From contig DATDRI010000439.1 in NCBI GenBank assembly GCA_035291825.1, positions 1 to 37,356 on the forward strand: 37,356 bases of DNA, given 5' to 3'. Under the pieces are notes generated by a model, which searched no databases, was not told the origin of the DNA, and was given only the letters and a program-made list of their open reading frames with translations. The stretch comes from Vicinamibacteria bacterium (lineage in GTDB: Bacteria; Acidobacteriota; Vicinamibacteria; Marinacidobacterales; DATDRI01). The number at the start of each line of letters is the position of its first letter. The first letter of the stretch is position 1. Below, in pieces: positions 1-9,430 of this stretch. The translations under genes were made by a program, and so were the position numbers.

Positions 1-2378
1 TCATCCTGCACGTTGTAGATGACGGTGTGGAGGCGGATGTCGATGTTTTCCTTTTCCGCCAGCTCCGCTGCAGTTCTCTGCGGTCTCACATTGAAACAAA
101 CAATGATGGCGTTGGAGACCGAGGCCAAGGTGACATCCGCATCGGTGACGGCACCGGCTCCGGCGCGGATGATCTTGACCTTCACTCTGTCGCTGGACAA
201 CTTGGTCAAGGTATCGGACAAGACCTCCACCGAACCCTGCACGTCGGTCTTCAGTACGATGGGTAGTTCCTTGATGGTGCCTTCCTGCACCTGTTGATGA
301 AGCTGATCCAGCGTGAGCCGGGAGCTCTGACCCTGCTGACGCTCTTTCAGCTTTTGCTGTCTGAACTCGCCGATCTGCCTGGCCTTGCTGCTATCGAGAA
401 CGATCTGGAACTGGTCGCCCGCCTGCGGCAGCGAGGTGAGTCCTAGAATCTCGACAGGCGTCGACGGTTCGACTTTTTTCACTTTGTGCCCCCGGTCGTC
501 GATCATGGCTCGGATCTTCCCATGCACCGCCCCGGCGATGAAGGAATCGCCCACTTGGGCGCTCCCGTTTTGCATCAGAACGTGCGCGACCGGCCCCTTG
601 CCCTTGTCGATCTTCGCTTCCAGCACCGTCCCCATCCCCGCCCGCCGGGGGTTCGCTTTCAGTTCCCGGAGATCCGATACCAGCAGGACCATCTCCAGCA
701 ACAGATCCAGTCCCTTGCGCTGCTTGGCCGACACCTCGCAAAAGACCGTACCGCCGCCCCAGTCCTCCGGCACCAAGCCGAGGTCGGCCAATTGCTTCTT
801 GACGCGCTCGCTGTTCGCTTCCGGCTTGTCGATTTTGTTGATCACCACCATGATCGGAACGCCTGCCGCCTTGGCGTGGTCGATGGCTTCTACCGTTTGA
901 GGCATGACGCCGTCATCCGCGGCAACAACCAGGATCACCAGGTCGGTGACGCGAGCACCTCGGGCCCGCATCATGGTAAAGGCCTCGTGACCCGGAGTAT
1001 CCAAAAAGACGATACTCCGAGCGTTCACCGCTACCTTATAGGCGCCGATGTGTTGCGTGATACCGCCGGCTTCCTTCTCCACTACTTTGGTTTCCCGGAT
1101 GGCGTCGAGCAGGCTGGTCTTGCCATGATCCACATGTCCCATGACGGTGACCACCGGTGCACGCAACACCAGATCCTCTGGCTTCTCTTCGAACGTTTCA
1201 TCCCGGATAACGTCCTCTTCGAAAGAGAGTATCTCCGCCTCGCAACCGAACTCCCTCGCCACCTCCACCGCCAAGTCTGCCCCCAAGGTCTGATTGATGG
1301 TGGCCAGCACTCCTCGACTCATCATCGCCTTGATGAGATCCTTGTGCTTGACCTCCATTTTTTCGGCAAGCTCTTTTACCGTCACTCCCTCGGTAAGAGT
1401 GATCTTCCGGAATACCTTGGGGACCGCGGGCTTCTGAGCCTCCACGATCTTGGGCTCGGGAATCGCCTGTTCCTTCACCTCGGCGGCGGTGGGGCGTGGC
1501 TTCCTACCCACCCCTTTGGGTCGAGGCTTCGCCTCGGGACGCCGCCACGGCACTGTTCTTATCGGTGCCGCCGGGCGCGGCGGCGCGGGAATCGGCTTCA
1601 TGGCGGCGGACGGGGCCGGCAGCCGGGGACGGATGACGGTTGAAGTGGGTCCGGGAACGAAAGTGGGTCGCGAAGTACCGAGACGCGCCCGGTCACCGCG
1701 AGCGCCGGGAGCAGCACCGCTGGGTGACGCGGCTCGGGCAGGAATCGGACTGGGACGCGGCCTCTCTCTTTCCGGCGGCTCGCCCCAAGGCCCTTCGGCG
1801 GCGCCCCCAGGTGCAGCCGCTACCGACGGCCCGGCCAGCGACGCTCCCTCGGTTCTCTCTACGCCTTCCGTGACTTCCGCGGCGGCGGCGAAGCTCGCGT
1901 CGGCTCTCGCTTGCTGGTCGACTTCCTTCTGAAGAGCCTCCTGCTCTTCCAGAACCGCTGCCAGCCGAGCCGCTTCTTCCCGCGCCGCTTGCTCGGCAGC
2001 CAGCCTCTCCACTTCCTCCCGTTGTCTGGCGGCCCTCTCTTCCGCCGCCTTTCGCCTCGCTGTCGCCCTTTCTTCCTCCTCTATTTCGGCGAGGATGGCT
2101 TTGCGGGCTCGCTCGGCGCGCTCCTTGTTGGTATTCCTCGCCCGCTCCTCCCTGCTTTCCGGGGGACTCGCCTCCCTTTCGACTCCGGTCCCCTCGGTCG
2201 GGAGCGACCCCGCTCCCTCCAGGCGAATGAGCCTCTTCAGCTTGATGGCAATATCTTCTTCAATAGTACTGGAAGCCGACTTGACCCTAATCTGGAGCTT
2301 GTCCTTGAGGAGCCGGATCGTCTGCGGGCTGGTGATGCCGATATCGCGGGCCAGCTCGTAAACCCGGATCTTATCCAT
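1..2378 (-). CDS. infB: Translation initiation factor IF-2, N-terminal ~792 codons (C-terminus lies beyond the window start)
   Basis: Absent from the ORF track because there is no stop inside the window. Reverse-complement reading from ATG 2378-2376 gives MDKIRVYELARDIGITSPQTIRLLKDKLQIRVKS (IF-2 N-domain). Revcomp of 1101-1160, in frame with that ATG, gives APVVTVMGHVDHGKTSLLDA (GTPase G1 motif). Revcomp of 3-32 gives LHTVIYNVQD. The ATG shares one nt with the nusA TGA (TGATG). Canonical rimP-nusA-infB order. Confidence 0.93.
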   Translation of the reverse strand, partial: MDKIRVYELARDIGITSPQTIRLLKDKLQIRVKSASSTIEEDIAIKLKRLIRLEGAGSLPTEGTGVEREASPPESREERARNTNKERAERARKAILAEIEEEERATARRKAAEERAARQREEVERLAAEQAAREEAARLAAVLEEQEALQKEVDQQARADASFAAAAEVTEGVERTEGASLAGPSVAAAPGGAAEGPWGEPPERERPRPSPIPARAASPSGAAPGARGDRARLGTSRPTFVPGPTSTVIRPRLPAPSAAMKPIPAPPRPAAPIRTVPWRRPEAKPRPKGVGRKPRPTAAEVKEQAIPEPKIVEAQKPAVPKVFRKITLTEGVTVKELAEKMEVKHKDLIKAMMSRGVLATINQTLGADLAVEVAREFGCEAEILSFEEDVIRDETFEEKPEDLVLRAPVVTVMGHVDHGKTSLLDAIRETKVVEKEAGGITQHIGAYKVAVNARSIVFLDTPGHEAFTMMRARGARVTDLVILVVAADDGVMPQTVEAIDHAKAAGVPIMVVINKIDKPEANSERVKKQLADLGLVPEDWGGGTVFCEVSAKQRKGLDLLLEMVLLVSDLRELKANPRRAGMGTVLEAKIDKGKGPVAHVLMQNGSAQVGDSFIAGAVHGKIRAMIDDRGHKVKKVEPSTPVEILGLTSLPQAGDQFQIVLDSSKARQIGEFRQQKLKERQQGQSSRLTLDQLHQQVQEGTIKELPIVLKTDVQGSVEVLSDTLTKLSSDRVKVKIIRAGAGAVTDADVTLASVSNAIIVCFNVRPQRTAAELAEKENIDIRLHTVIYNVQD

Positions 2379-3835
2379 CAGCGCTCACCTCCCGAGCCCT
2401 CGGGCTCCGGCTCGCCGATGCCCGCCTGACGATCGTGAGCCACCTCTCCCACCGGTGCCGGCTGAGCAGGAAGCGCCTCCTCGGCAACTTCCGCGACTTC
2501 CGCCTCATCCGCGTCCTCCGGCAGATTGACATCCTCGGACGCCGCCCCTTCCTCGGCACCTTGAACCGGCTGAGGAATGCTCTCCAACAAGGCGCGGGCC
2601 GAGGCGACTATCTTCCTTGCCGTTTTGGCGCCGATGCCGGGAATCTCCGTTAAGGCCTCCGGTTCGAGGCCAGCAATTTCCTCCAGGGACACGAACCCAT
2701 GCTCCTCGAGCTTCTGTATCATCTTCTCACTCACACCGCTCAACGCGCCGAGCCGGGTCTGCGAGGTGGCCAGAGCATCCATCTGACTCTGCACTTCCAA
2801 CTTTTTCTCTTCCTCACTCTTTATGTCGATTCGCCAACCGATGAGCCTGGCGCCTAGACGAACGTTCTGACCTTTTTTCCCGATCGCCAAGGAGAGCTGC
2901 TTGTCCTCGACGATGACTTCCATGATCTTTTCCTTCTCATCAATGATGGACACGCGGCTGACTTTTGCGGGGTTGAGTGCGTTGATAGCGAAGGTGCACG
3001 GATCCTCGCTCCATTCGACGATGTCGATCTTCTCGCCTCTTAGCTCGCGTATGATGTTCTGGACTCTCGATCCCTTGATACCCACGCACGCCCCTACCGG
3101 GTCCACATTCTTGTCCCGCGAGTAAACGGCCACCTTGGCACGATCACCCGGCTCTCGCACCGCGTTCTTGACGATCACCGTTCCTTCATAGATCTCGGGG
3201 ACTTCCATTTCGAACAACCTGGCCAGCAACGCCGTGTCGGTGCGGGACACGACCACCTGTGGCCCCCGGGAGGTTCGCATGACCCGAACGATAACGACCC
3301 GGATGCGATCCCCGGCAGTGAACACCTCGGCCCGAGACTGTTCCCGCCGCGGAAGGACTGCCTCGGTGCGACCCAAATCGACTACCAGGTCGCCATTCTC
3401 AGCACGTTTCACGATGCCGGTGAGAAGCTGTGCGATGCGATCCCCGAACTCACTGAAGATGTTGTCCCGCTCCGCCTCCCGTACCTTCTGGAAAATCACC
3501 TGCTTGGCGGTCTGGGCGGCGATCCGACCGAGGGCGGCGGTGGGTTTGTGCACCTCCACCTCCTGACCCAATTGTGCTGCCGGCTGCAACCGTCTGGCCT
3601 CGCGAAGCGAGACCTCGCTCTCGGGTGTTATCACCGTGTCGACTACCGTCTTGAGGGTGTACACCTCTATGTTTCCGGCTTCTCGGTTCAACCGAGCGCG
3701 AAGGTCTTCGTCGGTCCGGTAGTACTTTTTAGTGGCGGTTACGATGGCATCCTCCACCGCCCCGATGATGACTTCCGGATCGATGCCCTTCTCCCGGCTA
3801 ATCTGCTCGATCGTCTGATAGAGAAGACTCGTCAT
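2378..3835 (-). CDS. nusA: Transcription termination/antitermination factor NusA
   Basis: 485-aa ORF starting MTSLLYQTIEQISREKGIDPEVIIGAVEDAI. KH-type segments GACVGIKGSRVQNIIRELRGEKIDIV and LAIGKKGQNVRLGARLIGWRIDI. Acidic C-terminal tail. ATGA overlap with the rimP stop at 3832-3835. Confidence 0.96.
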   Translation of the reverse strand: MTSLLYQTIEQISREKGIDPEVIIGAVEDAIVTATKKYYRTDEDLRARLNREAGNIEVYTLKTVVDTVITPESEVSLREARRLQPAAQLGQEVEVHKPTAALGRIAAQTAKQVIFQKVREAERDNIFSEFGDRIAQLLTGIVKRAENGDLVVDLGRTEAVLPRREQSRAEVFTAGDRIRVVIVRVMRTSRGPQVVVSRTDTALLARLFEMEVPEIYEGTVIVKNAVREPGDRAKVAVYSRDKNVDPVGACVGIKGSRVQNIIRELRGEKIDIVEWSEDPCTFAINALNPAKVSRVSIIDEKEKIMEVIVEDKQLSLAIGKKGQNVRLGARLIGWRIDIKSEEEKKLEVQSQMDALATSQTRLGALSGVSEKMIQKLEEHGFVSLEEIAGLEPEALTEIPGIGAKTARKIVASARALLESIPQPVQGAEEGAASEDVNLPEDADEAEVAEVAEEALPAQPAPVGEVAHDRQAGIGEPEPEGSGGER

Positions 3836-4374
3836 GACTTTCTTCTATTCGCAGGGCCTCCGCCAGGGGCGAACAACTCCACCTCCAACCGAGCACTCTC
3901 GATGACCGGGAACGGAATGCTCCTTCGCTCGCCCCGCTGCTCCAGCAATACCGTGTCCCCTTCCACGCCGGCCAACCGTCCGCGAAATTGACGTTTGCCA
4001 TCGAGATGCTCCCGGGTAGTGATGCGAGCCAGCCGGCCGGTGAAACGCTGGTAGTCCTTGAGACTCCAGAGCGGCCGATCCAACCCGGGCGAGCTCACCT
4101 CGAGCGTGTAGCGCGACTCGATGGGATCTTCCACGTCCAAGAGCACCCCCAGGCGTTCGCTCACTCTCGCGCAGTCCTTCAGTCCCACCCCTTCCTCGCC
4201 ATCGATGAAAACCCGAAATAACCAGGAGCCACCGCGCCGCTTGAGCTCGACCCAAGCCACCTCGCAGCCCACCGGCTCGGCGGCTCGTTGCGCCAGCTCC
4301 TTGAGCTTCGCCAGGAGGCTTTCGGTGTACACGGTTCTTCCAAGCTCGCACTTCGCGCCGCCACCGCTCGCCAC
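3832..4374 (-). CDS. rimP: Ribosome maturation factor RimP
   Basis: The ORF contains LEVSSPGLDRPL and the C-terminal SH3-like part GRLAGVEGDTVLLE, and it sits directly upstream of nusA. The start is uncertain: the track start at 4374 is GTG, and an alternative GTG at 4332 (VYTESLLAKLKEL) follows a GGAAGA. Confidence 0.85.
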   Translation of the reverse strand: MASGGGAKCELGRTVYTESLLAKLKELAQRAAEPVGCEVAWVELKRRGGSWLFRVFIDGEEGVGLKDCARVSERLGVLLDVEDPIESRYTLEVSSPGLDRPLWSLKDYQRFTGRLARITTREHLDGKRQFRGRLAGVEGDTVLLEQRGERRSIPFPVIESARLEVELFAPGGGPANRRKS

Positions 4375-4409
4375 CCGGCGTTACGGCATAGTCCGAGCGC
4401 TTTTTTTGC

Positions 4410-4464
4410 CTCCCGATCCCTCTGGCTGTTCCATCGGGAGCCGCTCGAAAGGTCCTTCGAGCGG
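4410..4464 (-). promoter_or_regulatory. Two stem-loops in the putative rimP-nusA-infB 5' leader
   Basis: CTCCCGAT (4410-4417) pairs with ATCGGGAG (4433-4440): 8 bp stem, 15-nt loop. CCGCTCGAA (4441-4449) pairs with TTCGAGCGG (4456-4464): 9 bp stem, 6-nt loop. Both lie between the rimO terminator and the rimP start. Function is unknown. Confidence 0.3.
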
Positions 4465-4473
4465 CCTCAATCC

Positions 4474-4500
4474 ATAAAAAAAGTGGGCAAATGCCCACTT
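4474..4500 (-). terminator. Rho-independent terminator downstream of rimO
   Basis: On the minus strand, AAGTGGGC pairs with GCCCACTT (plus-strand 4481-4488 and 4493-4500) as an 8-bp stem with a 4-nt loop. A run of 7 U follows immediately (plus-strand A-run 4476-4482, partly shared with the stem base). It lies 50 nt after the rimO stop. Confidence 0.65.
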
Positions 4501-4549
4501 CTGTGGACTCTCGACTGTGCGCAACTATAGTCTAAACCATCGGCAGAGA

Positions 4550-5962
4550 TCAAGCCCCAGTTCCGCTAGTGGAGTCGTTTGAGTCGGTTGCACCGTGTAA
4601 CGCCTCCCGGGAAGCCCCCGCCCCGACTGGCTCCGCAACGATACGTCCGACCAGATCGTACGGGTGCGCTTCCGTCACCTCGACGGTCACGAAACTCCCG
4701 GGCTCCGCGTTGCCTTCGTTGATGAGAACCCCGCCGTCGATCTCCGGCGCCTGGCCCTCCGTCCTTCCTCGAAGGAGGAAGTCGGTCTCGGACGAGAGGC
4801 CCTCGACCAGCACCCTCTGCAGGCTGCCCACGCGGCGCCCGTTCCTTTCCAGAGAGACGGCGGTCTGCTGTCTCATCAACAGGTGCCTCCGTCTCCGCTT
4901 CTCGGCAGCCGAGATGGCTTCGGTCGCGACGAACGCGTCGGTCGTCTCTTCGTTCGAGTAGGTGAAGACCCCCAGATGGTCGAACTCCATCTCTCGACAG
5001 AAGCTCATGAGCTCTTCGAAGTCCGCGCTTGTTTCTCCAGGAAACCCCACGATGAAGGAGCTCCGTAACCATACGCCCGGCACCGCCTGGCGGATCTTCT
5101 CGATCAGTCTCTCGTTGCTGGCTCGAGTACCTGGACGCTTCATCGCTTTCAGAATCCGATCGCTGGCGTGCTGCAGGGGAATGTCGAGATAGAGGCAGAC
5201 CCGCGGCTCGCTCGCCATGACCTCCAGCACCTTCTCGTTCACCGTCGTGGGATAGGCGTAGAGGAAACGCACCCATTCCACCCCATCCACCCTGGCCAGA
5301 CCACGCAACAACTGCGCCAAGCTGGGGCCGTCGTTGATCTCCATGCCGTAACGGGTGGTGTCTTGCGCGATGAGGATGAGCTCCTTCACTCCCTGCTGCA
5401 CCAGGGATTCCGCTTCGGCGAGGATCGACTCCGGAGCTCTGCTCCGGTAATGACCCCGAATCTTGGGGATGATGCAAAAGGTGCAGGGATAGTCACAGCC
5501 TTCCGAGATCTTGAGATAGGCGTAGGGGCGCGGCGTGGTGATGACACGCGGAACGAGGTGATCGTAGAGATAGACCACCGAACCGTCCGCCACCAGCGAT
5601 GCGATCTTCCGGTCCTCGGCCTCGGCGACGGACACGATCGACTCCAGCTGATCCAGACCCATTACCGCATCGACCTCGGGTATCTCCCGGGCGATCTCGT
5701 CGCCGTAGCGCTGCGCCAGGCATCCCGACACGACCAAACGCCGACAGCGCCCTTCCCGCTTGTATCGAGCCATCTCCAGAATCGTATCGATGCTTTCCTG
5801 CTTGGCCCGGTCGATGAAACCACAGGTGTTGACCACGAGCACGTCCGCCTCTGCCGGCTCGGCGGTCGGCTCGTATCCAGCTCGCGTCAGCTGTCCCAGC
5901 ATAACCTCCGTATCCACCAGGTTCTTGGGACAACCCAAGCTCACGAACCCTATTTTTTTCAT
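4550..5962 (-). CDS. rimO: Ribosomal protein S12 methylthiotransferase RimO (radical SAM, MTTase family)
   Basis: 470 aa. N-terminus MKKIGFVSLGCPKNLVDTEVMLG is RimO-type rather than MiaB-type. Radical-SAM CxxxCxxC motif in ISEGCDYPCTFCIIP. C-terminal TRAM-like segment GSFVTVEVTEAHPYDLVG. ATG confirmed at 5962. Confidence 0.9.
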   Translation of the reverse strand: MKKIGFVSLGCPKNLVDTEVMLGQLTRAGYEPTAEPAEADVLVVNTCGFIDRAKQESIDTILEMARYKREGRCRRLVVSGCLAQRYGDEIAREIPEVDAVMGLDQLESIVSVAEAEDRKIASLVADGSVVYLYDHLVPRVITTPRPYAYLKISEGCDYPCTFCIIPKIRGHYRSRAPESILAEAESLVQQGVKELILIAQDTTRYGMEINDGPSLAQLLRGLARVDGVEWVRFLYAYPTTVNEKVLEVMASEPRVCLYLDIPLQHASDRILKAMKRPGTRASNERLIEKIRQAVPGVWLRSSFIVGFPGETSADFEELMSFCREMEFDHLGVFTYSNEETTDAFVATEAISAAEKRRRRHLLMRQQTAVSLERNGRRVGSLQRVLVEGLSSETDFLLRGRTEGQAPEIDGGVLINEGNAEPGSFVTVEVTEAHPYDLVGRIVAEPVGAGASREALHGATDSNDSTSGTGA

Positions 5963-6010
5963 AAGGCGACGTCCAGCCTAACCAAAAAACACTGGTGTCG
6001 CAACCGCACC

Positions 6011-7309
6011 CTATGGCGTAAGTCGATACAGCATGCGCGGAAAAGGGATGCTCTCTCGGAGATGATCCAGCTTGCAGATCCAGGCCACCACCCGTTCGAT
6101 GCCCATGCCGAAACCGGCGTGGGGCACGCTTCCGTAGCGACGGAGATCGAGGTACCAGGAGAACGCCTGTTCGGGCAACTGGTGCTCCGCGATTCGCTTC
6201 CGCAGGAGCTCCAGTTCGTGAATGCGCTGCCCGCCGCCGATGATCTCCCCGTAGCCTTCCGGGGCGAGAACGTCCACACAGAGAGCCGTTTCCGGCCGAT
6301 CGGCATCCGGTTGCATATAGAACGCCTTCACCGCGGTGGGATAGTGGGTTATGGCGACCGGGCGCTGGTAGGCTTTCGACAGCATCTCCTCGTCCTGAGC
6401 ACCGAAATCCCCTCCCCACTCGACAGCTTGGCCGTTTTTCTTGAGTAGTTCGACGGCCTGGTCGTAGGTCATTCGGGGAAACGGTTTCCTCACTTGCTCG
6501 AGCGGAGCGACATCCCTCTCCAGAACCTCGAGCTCCGGCCGACGGTTTTCCAGGATCGTTTGAACCACGAAGCACAGGAGATCTTCCGCCAGGACGATGA
6601 TGTCCTCTAGCAACGCAAAGGCCACCTCGGGTTCGACCATCCAGAACTCGATGAGATGGCGTCGGGTCTTTGATTTCTCGGCCCGGAACGTCGGGCCGAA
6701 GCAATAGGTACGACCCACCGACATCGCCACCGCCTCGTTGTAGAGCTGACCGCTTTGGGTCAGATAGGCCTTCTCACCGAAGTATTCGGTCTCGAAAAGC
6801 GTGGTCGTGCCTTCACAGGCGTTGGGAGTGAATATAGGCGTGTCGGCCAGGACGAACCCCTTCTCGTCGAAGAATCGGTGGCAGGCGGAGATGATCTCAT
6901 GCCGAACCCTGAGGATGGCATGCTGCCGGCGAGAGCGAAGCCACAGGTGGCGGTGATCCTGCAGAAAAGCGACGCCATGCTCCTTGGGGCTGATGGGATA
7001 TTCTTCTGCCAGTTGGACGACCTGTAAGTCACGGAGCTCCAGCTCGTAGCCTCCCGGAGCGCGCTCGTCTCTCCGCACCCGTCCTCGGACAACGAGCGAG
7101 CTCTCGGTGGTCAGCTGTGTCGCCCGCTCCCACTGCTCCTCGGAGACGTCCTGCTTGGAAAGGATCGCCTGGATGAAGCCCGAGCCGTCGCGAAGGACCA
7201 AGAACTGGATCTTCCCGCTGGATCGACGCTTCACCAGCCAGCCCTTGATGGTGACCTCTTCCCCGTCATGACTGGCGATATCGGCGATGTAGACGTGGCT
7301 GGCACTCAT
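6011..7309 (-). CDS. asnS: Asparagine--tRNA ligase
   Basis: 432 aa. It matches the remembered Thermus-type AsnRS along its length: [103 protein letters not shown]. Confidence 0.93.
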   Translation of the reverse strand: MSASHVYIADIASHDGEEVTIKGWLVKRRSSGKIQFLVLRDGSGFIQAILSKQDVSEEQWERATQLTTESSLVVRGRVRRDERAPGGYELELRDLQVVQLAEEYPISPKEHGVAFLQDHRHLWLRSRRQHAILRVRHEIISACHRFFDEKGFVLADTPIFTPNACEGTTTLFETEYFGEKAYLTQSGQLYNEAVAMSVGRTYCFGPTFRAEKSKTRRHLIEFWMVEPEVAFALLEDIIVLAEDLLCFVVQTILENRRPELEVLERDVAPLEQVRKPFPRMTYDQAVELLKKNGQAVEWGGDFGAQDEEMLSKAYQRPVAITHYPTAVKAFYMQPDADRPETALCVDVLAPEGYGEIIGGGQRIHELELLRKRIAEHQLPEQAFSWYLDLRRYGSVPHAGFGMGIERVVAWICKLDHLRESIPFPRMLYRLTP

Positions 7310-7322
7310 CGAGTTCGCTCCT

Positions 7323-8354
7323 TCACGCCAGTTCCGGCAGGTGGGCGGAAAGCACCCTTCTCAAACCGTCCCAGCGGGGATTCCGCGCCAAGTTCCTCCG
7401 CACCAGCTCCAGAGTGCCGGGCACATACCGCTTGTAAAAGGATTTTCCTCGCACCGACAGCTGGTAGCCGAATGTCCCTAGGGCCTTCAAATTGCGCTGC
7501 AGCGCGACCAGATCGAACTCCTCCTCGAGTTGCGCGAGGCCCGGGCGTTCCACCGACGCACAAAACAATTCCTTCATCTCCTCGACCAAATCGACCTCCA
7601 GATCTACGTAGGAATCGCGGAGCAGCGAGACCAGATCATAACTTACCGGACCCATGCGCGCGTCCTGGAAATCCAGCACCACCAACTCGCCTCTCACCGC
7701 CATGAGGTTGCGGGAATGGTAGTCCCGATGACAGAGCACGCGGGGACGGACGGCGATCTCCCTGCCCAGGCGGGCGAAAGATTCTTCCAGCGATTCCGTC
7801 TCGGCGGCGGTGAGCGAGGCTCTCCGGAATCCTTCCAGGAAATGGCGCCGGAAGTAAGTCAACTCCCCGCCGAGCTTCTGCTCGTCGAAGGCGATGCGGT
7901 AGGGGAAGTAGTTCGTGCTGGTGAGCTCCGCTCCCCGGGTTTGAATCCGCGCCAGGATCCCGATTGCCTGAGAGTACAGGCCCCTCCTCGCTTCCCGGTC
8001 GGCCCGTTCCACCAAACCCTGCAGGAGCTCATCTCCGCAATCCTCCAACAACAGAATACCGTCCGCACCGGACACGTCGTGAATGATCGGAATGCGAACC
8101 GGGATTCCCTCGAACAGACGCGCCACGTTCAGGAAAGACTCCTGCTCGGGCTCGAACGGATCGGGCATCAGCGCCAGCACCCGGCGCACCTCCTCTCCGG
8201 TCTCGGAAAGGGTCAGGCGGTAGTAGCTGCGGGTGGAAGCATCGCCGGCCAACGCCTCTACCGATTGCACGCGCAGCCCGTCTTCCGACCTGCGCGTCAA
8301 GTAGTGGAGGATGCGAGGGTCGAGGTGATCCTTGTCGAGCGTTTTCACCGTCAT
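7323..8354 (-). CDS. Aminoglycoside-phosphotransferase-fold kinase, candidate anomeric sugar kinase (AmgK/NahK-like)
   Basis: The track ORF (to 8576) overlaps the upstream gene. ATG at 8354 makes an ATGA overlap with that gene's stop (8351-8354) and gives [15 protein letters not shown]-fold motifs: [24 protein letters not shown] (catalytic HxD), [12 protein letters not shown] (DFQ/DxG). Paired with a nucleotidyltransferase, as in AmgK-MurU-type salvage. Confidence 0.75.
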   Translation of the reverse strand: MTVKTLDKDHLDPRILHYLTRRSEDGLRVQSVEALAGDASTRSYYRLTLSETGEEVRRVLALMPDPFEPEQESFLNVARLFEGIPVRIPIIHDVSGADGILLLEDCGDELLQGLVERADREARRGLYSQAIGILARIQTRGAELTSTNYFPYRIAFDEQKLGGELTYFRRHFLEGFRRASLTAAETESLEESFARLGREIAVRPRVLCHRDYHSRNLMAVRGELVVLDFQDARMGPVSYDLVSLLRDSYVDLEVDLVEEMKELFCASVERPGLAQLEEEFDLVALQRNLKALGTFGYQLSVRGKSFYKRYVPGTLELVRRNLARNPRWDGLRRVLSAHLPELA

Positions 8355-9430
8355 CTCTTGATGGAGACCACCACGCAGTCGCCGGAGACCTCCCGCTCGC
8401 GCAGGAGGGTCTGATTCCGTCCGAGTCGCGCCATCACTTTCCGCACCGTACGACCGGCGGGCGGCAGGGCAACGTCGCTCGCTATCACCGAGTCCCGGAG
8501 GAGCGCCGCTTCCCCTACCGTCACCCGGTCCCACAGGACGGCCCCGTGAACTCTCGCCCCGCGATCCACACGGCAATCAGCCCCGAGTATCGACGTACCG
8601 GAGAACAGCGCCTCGCGATCGATGGATGTGCCTGGCCCGGCCACCACTAGGGTCCCGGGCGGCCAGCTGGGCGGAGGCTCCACCACCTGGGCTCGCCACC
8701 GGCTCCGGAAAATCCCTCCATGAGCTAGCTCCTGGCAGGCACGGAGGTAGTTCTCCGGCGTGCCGATGTCGAACCAAGGACTGTCCGACACGTAACCGAA
8801 GGCGCTCCCCTCCATCAAGAGCTTGGGCAGCAGATCCACCTCCAGCCGACCGAAACGTCCGGCAGCCAAGTACTCGAAGACGGTGGGCTCCAAGACCCAA
8901 AGACCGGCAAACATGAGAGGGCTGGAAGACTCACTCTTCTTTCCGATGGAGACAATGTGACCGTCATCGGCCAAGTGGAGCTCGGTGTAACTGCTACCCT
9001 CCGGTTTGGATCGTAACAACAGAGTGGCCCGAGCCTCTTTCCTCTTATGCCAGTCGATCAAGGTCCCCAGATCGGTATCCACCACCGTGTCTCCGTTGAG
9101 GAGGACGAAACTCCCATCGGAAAGCCACTCTTCCGCCTGTTTCAAACCGCCCGCCGTGCCGAGAATCTCGGTCTCGCGCGAATAGTGAATGACTAGGTCC
9201 TTCCCCCCGTCGGATCCCGAAAGCGCGTCCACGATGCTCTGGGGCTTGTGATGCAAGTTCACGACTACTTCCCGAACCCCCGCCCGGCGAAGGAGCTCGA
9301 CGGCATACTCGATGGGAGATCCTCCCAGAAGCGGTATGGCCGGTTTCGCCCAAAAGACGGTGAGTGGGCGGAGTCGTCTTCCCTCCCCTGCCGCCAGCAC
9401 CATAGCCTTGATCGGCGATGACGTCGTCAT
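8351..9430 (-). CDS. Sugar-1-phosphate nucleotidyltransferase with C-terminal left-handed beta-helix
   Basis: 359 aa. N-terminal NTP-transferase signature MVLAAGEGRRLRPLT followed by KPAIPLLG. Hexapeptide-repeat-like C-terminus. ATGA overlaps at both ends (9427-9430 and 8351-8354). Confidence 0.8.
   Translation of the reverse strand: MTTSSPIKAMVLAAGEGRRLRPLTVFWAKPAIPLLGGSPIEYAVELLRRAGVREVVVNLHHKPQSIVDALSGSDGGKDLVIHYSRETEILGTAGGLKQAEEWLSDGSFVLLNGDTVVDTDLGTLIDWHKRKEARATLLLRSKPEGSSYTELHLADDGHIVSIGKKSESSSPLMFAGLWVLEPTVFEYLAAGRFGRLEVDLLPKLLMEGSAFGYVSDSPWFDIGTPENYLRACQELAHGGIFRSRWRAQVVEPPPSWPPGTLVVAGPGTSIDREALFSGTSILGADCRVDRGARVHGAVLWDRVTVGEAALLRDSVIASDVALPPAGRTVRKVMARLGRNQTLLREREVSGDCVVVSIKR

Noticed and set aside
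486-1643. Long plus-strand ORFs antisense to real genes. Examples: 486-1643, 5168-6448, 16967-18301, 20721-21587 and 7530-8414 on plus; 5493-6704, 16452-17432, 33564-34523 and 4566-5477 on minus.
   Set aside because: Their translations are Arg/Gly/Pro/His-rich low-complexity strings with no recognisable motifs. They lie opposite or out of frame with strongly supported genes, and 16967-18301 even spans two genes. This is typical stop-codon depletion in GC-rich DNA.
1450-2200. Repetitive Ala/Glu/Arg-rich coding stretch and GC-rich near-repeats.
   Set aside because: This is the low-complexity charged linker typical of the IF-2 N-terminal region (EEERAARQREE-type), in frame with infB. It is not a DNA repeat element.
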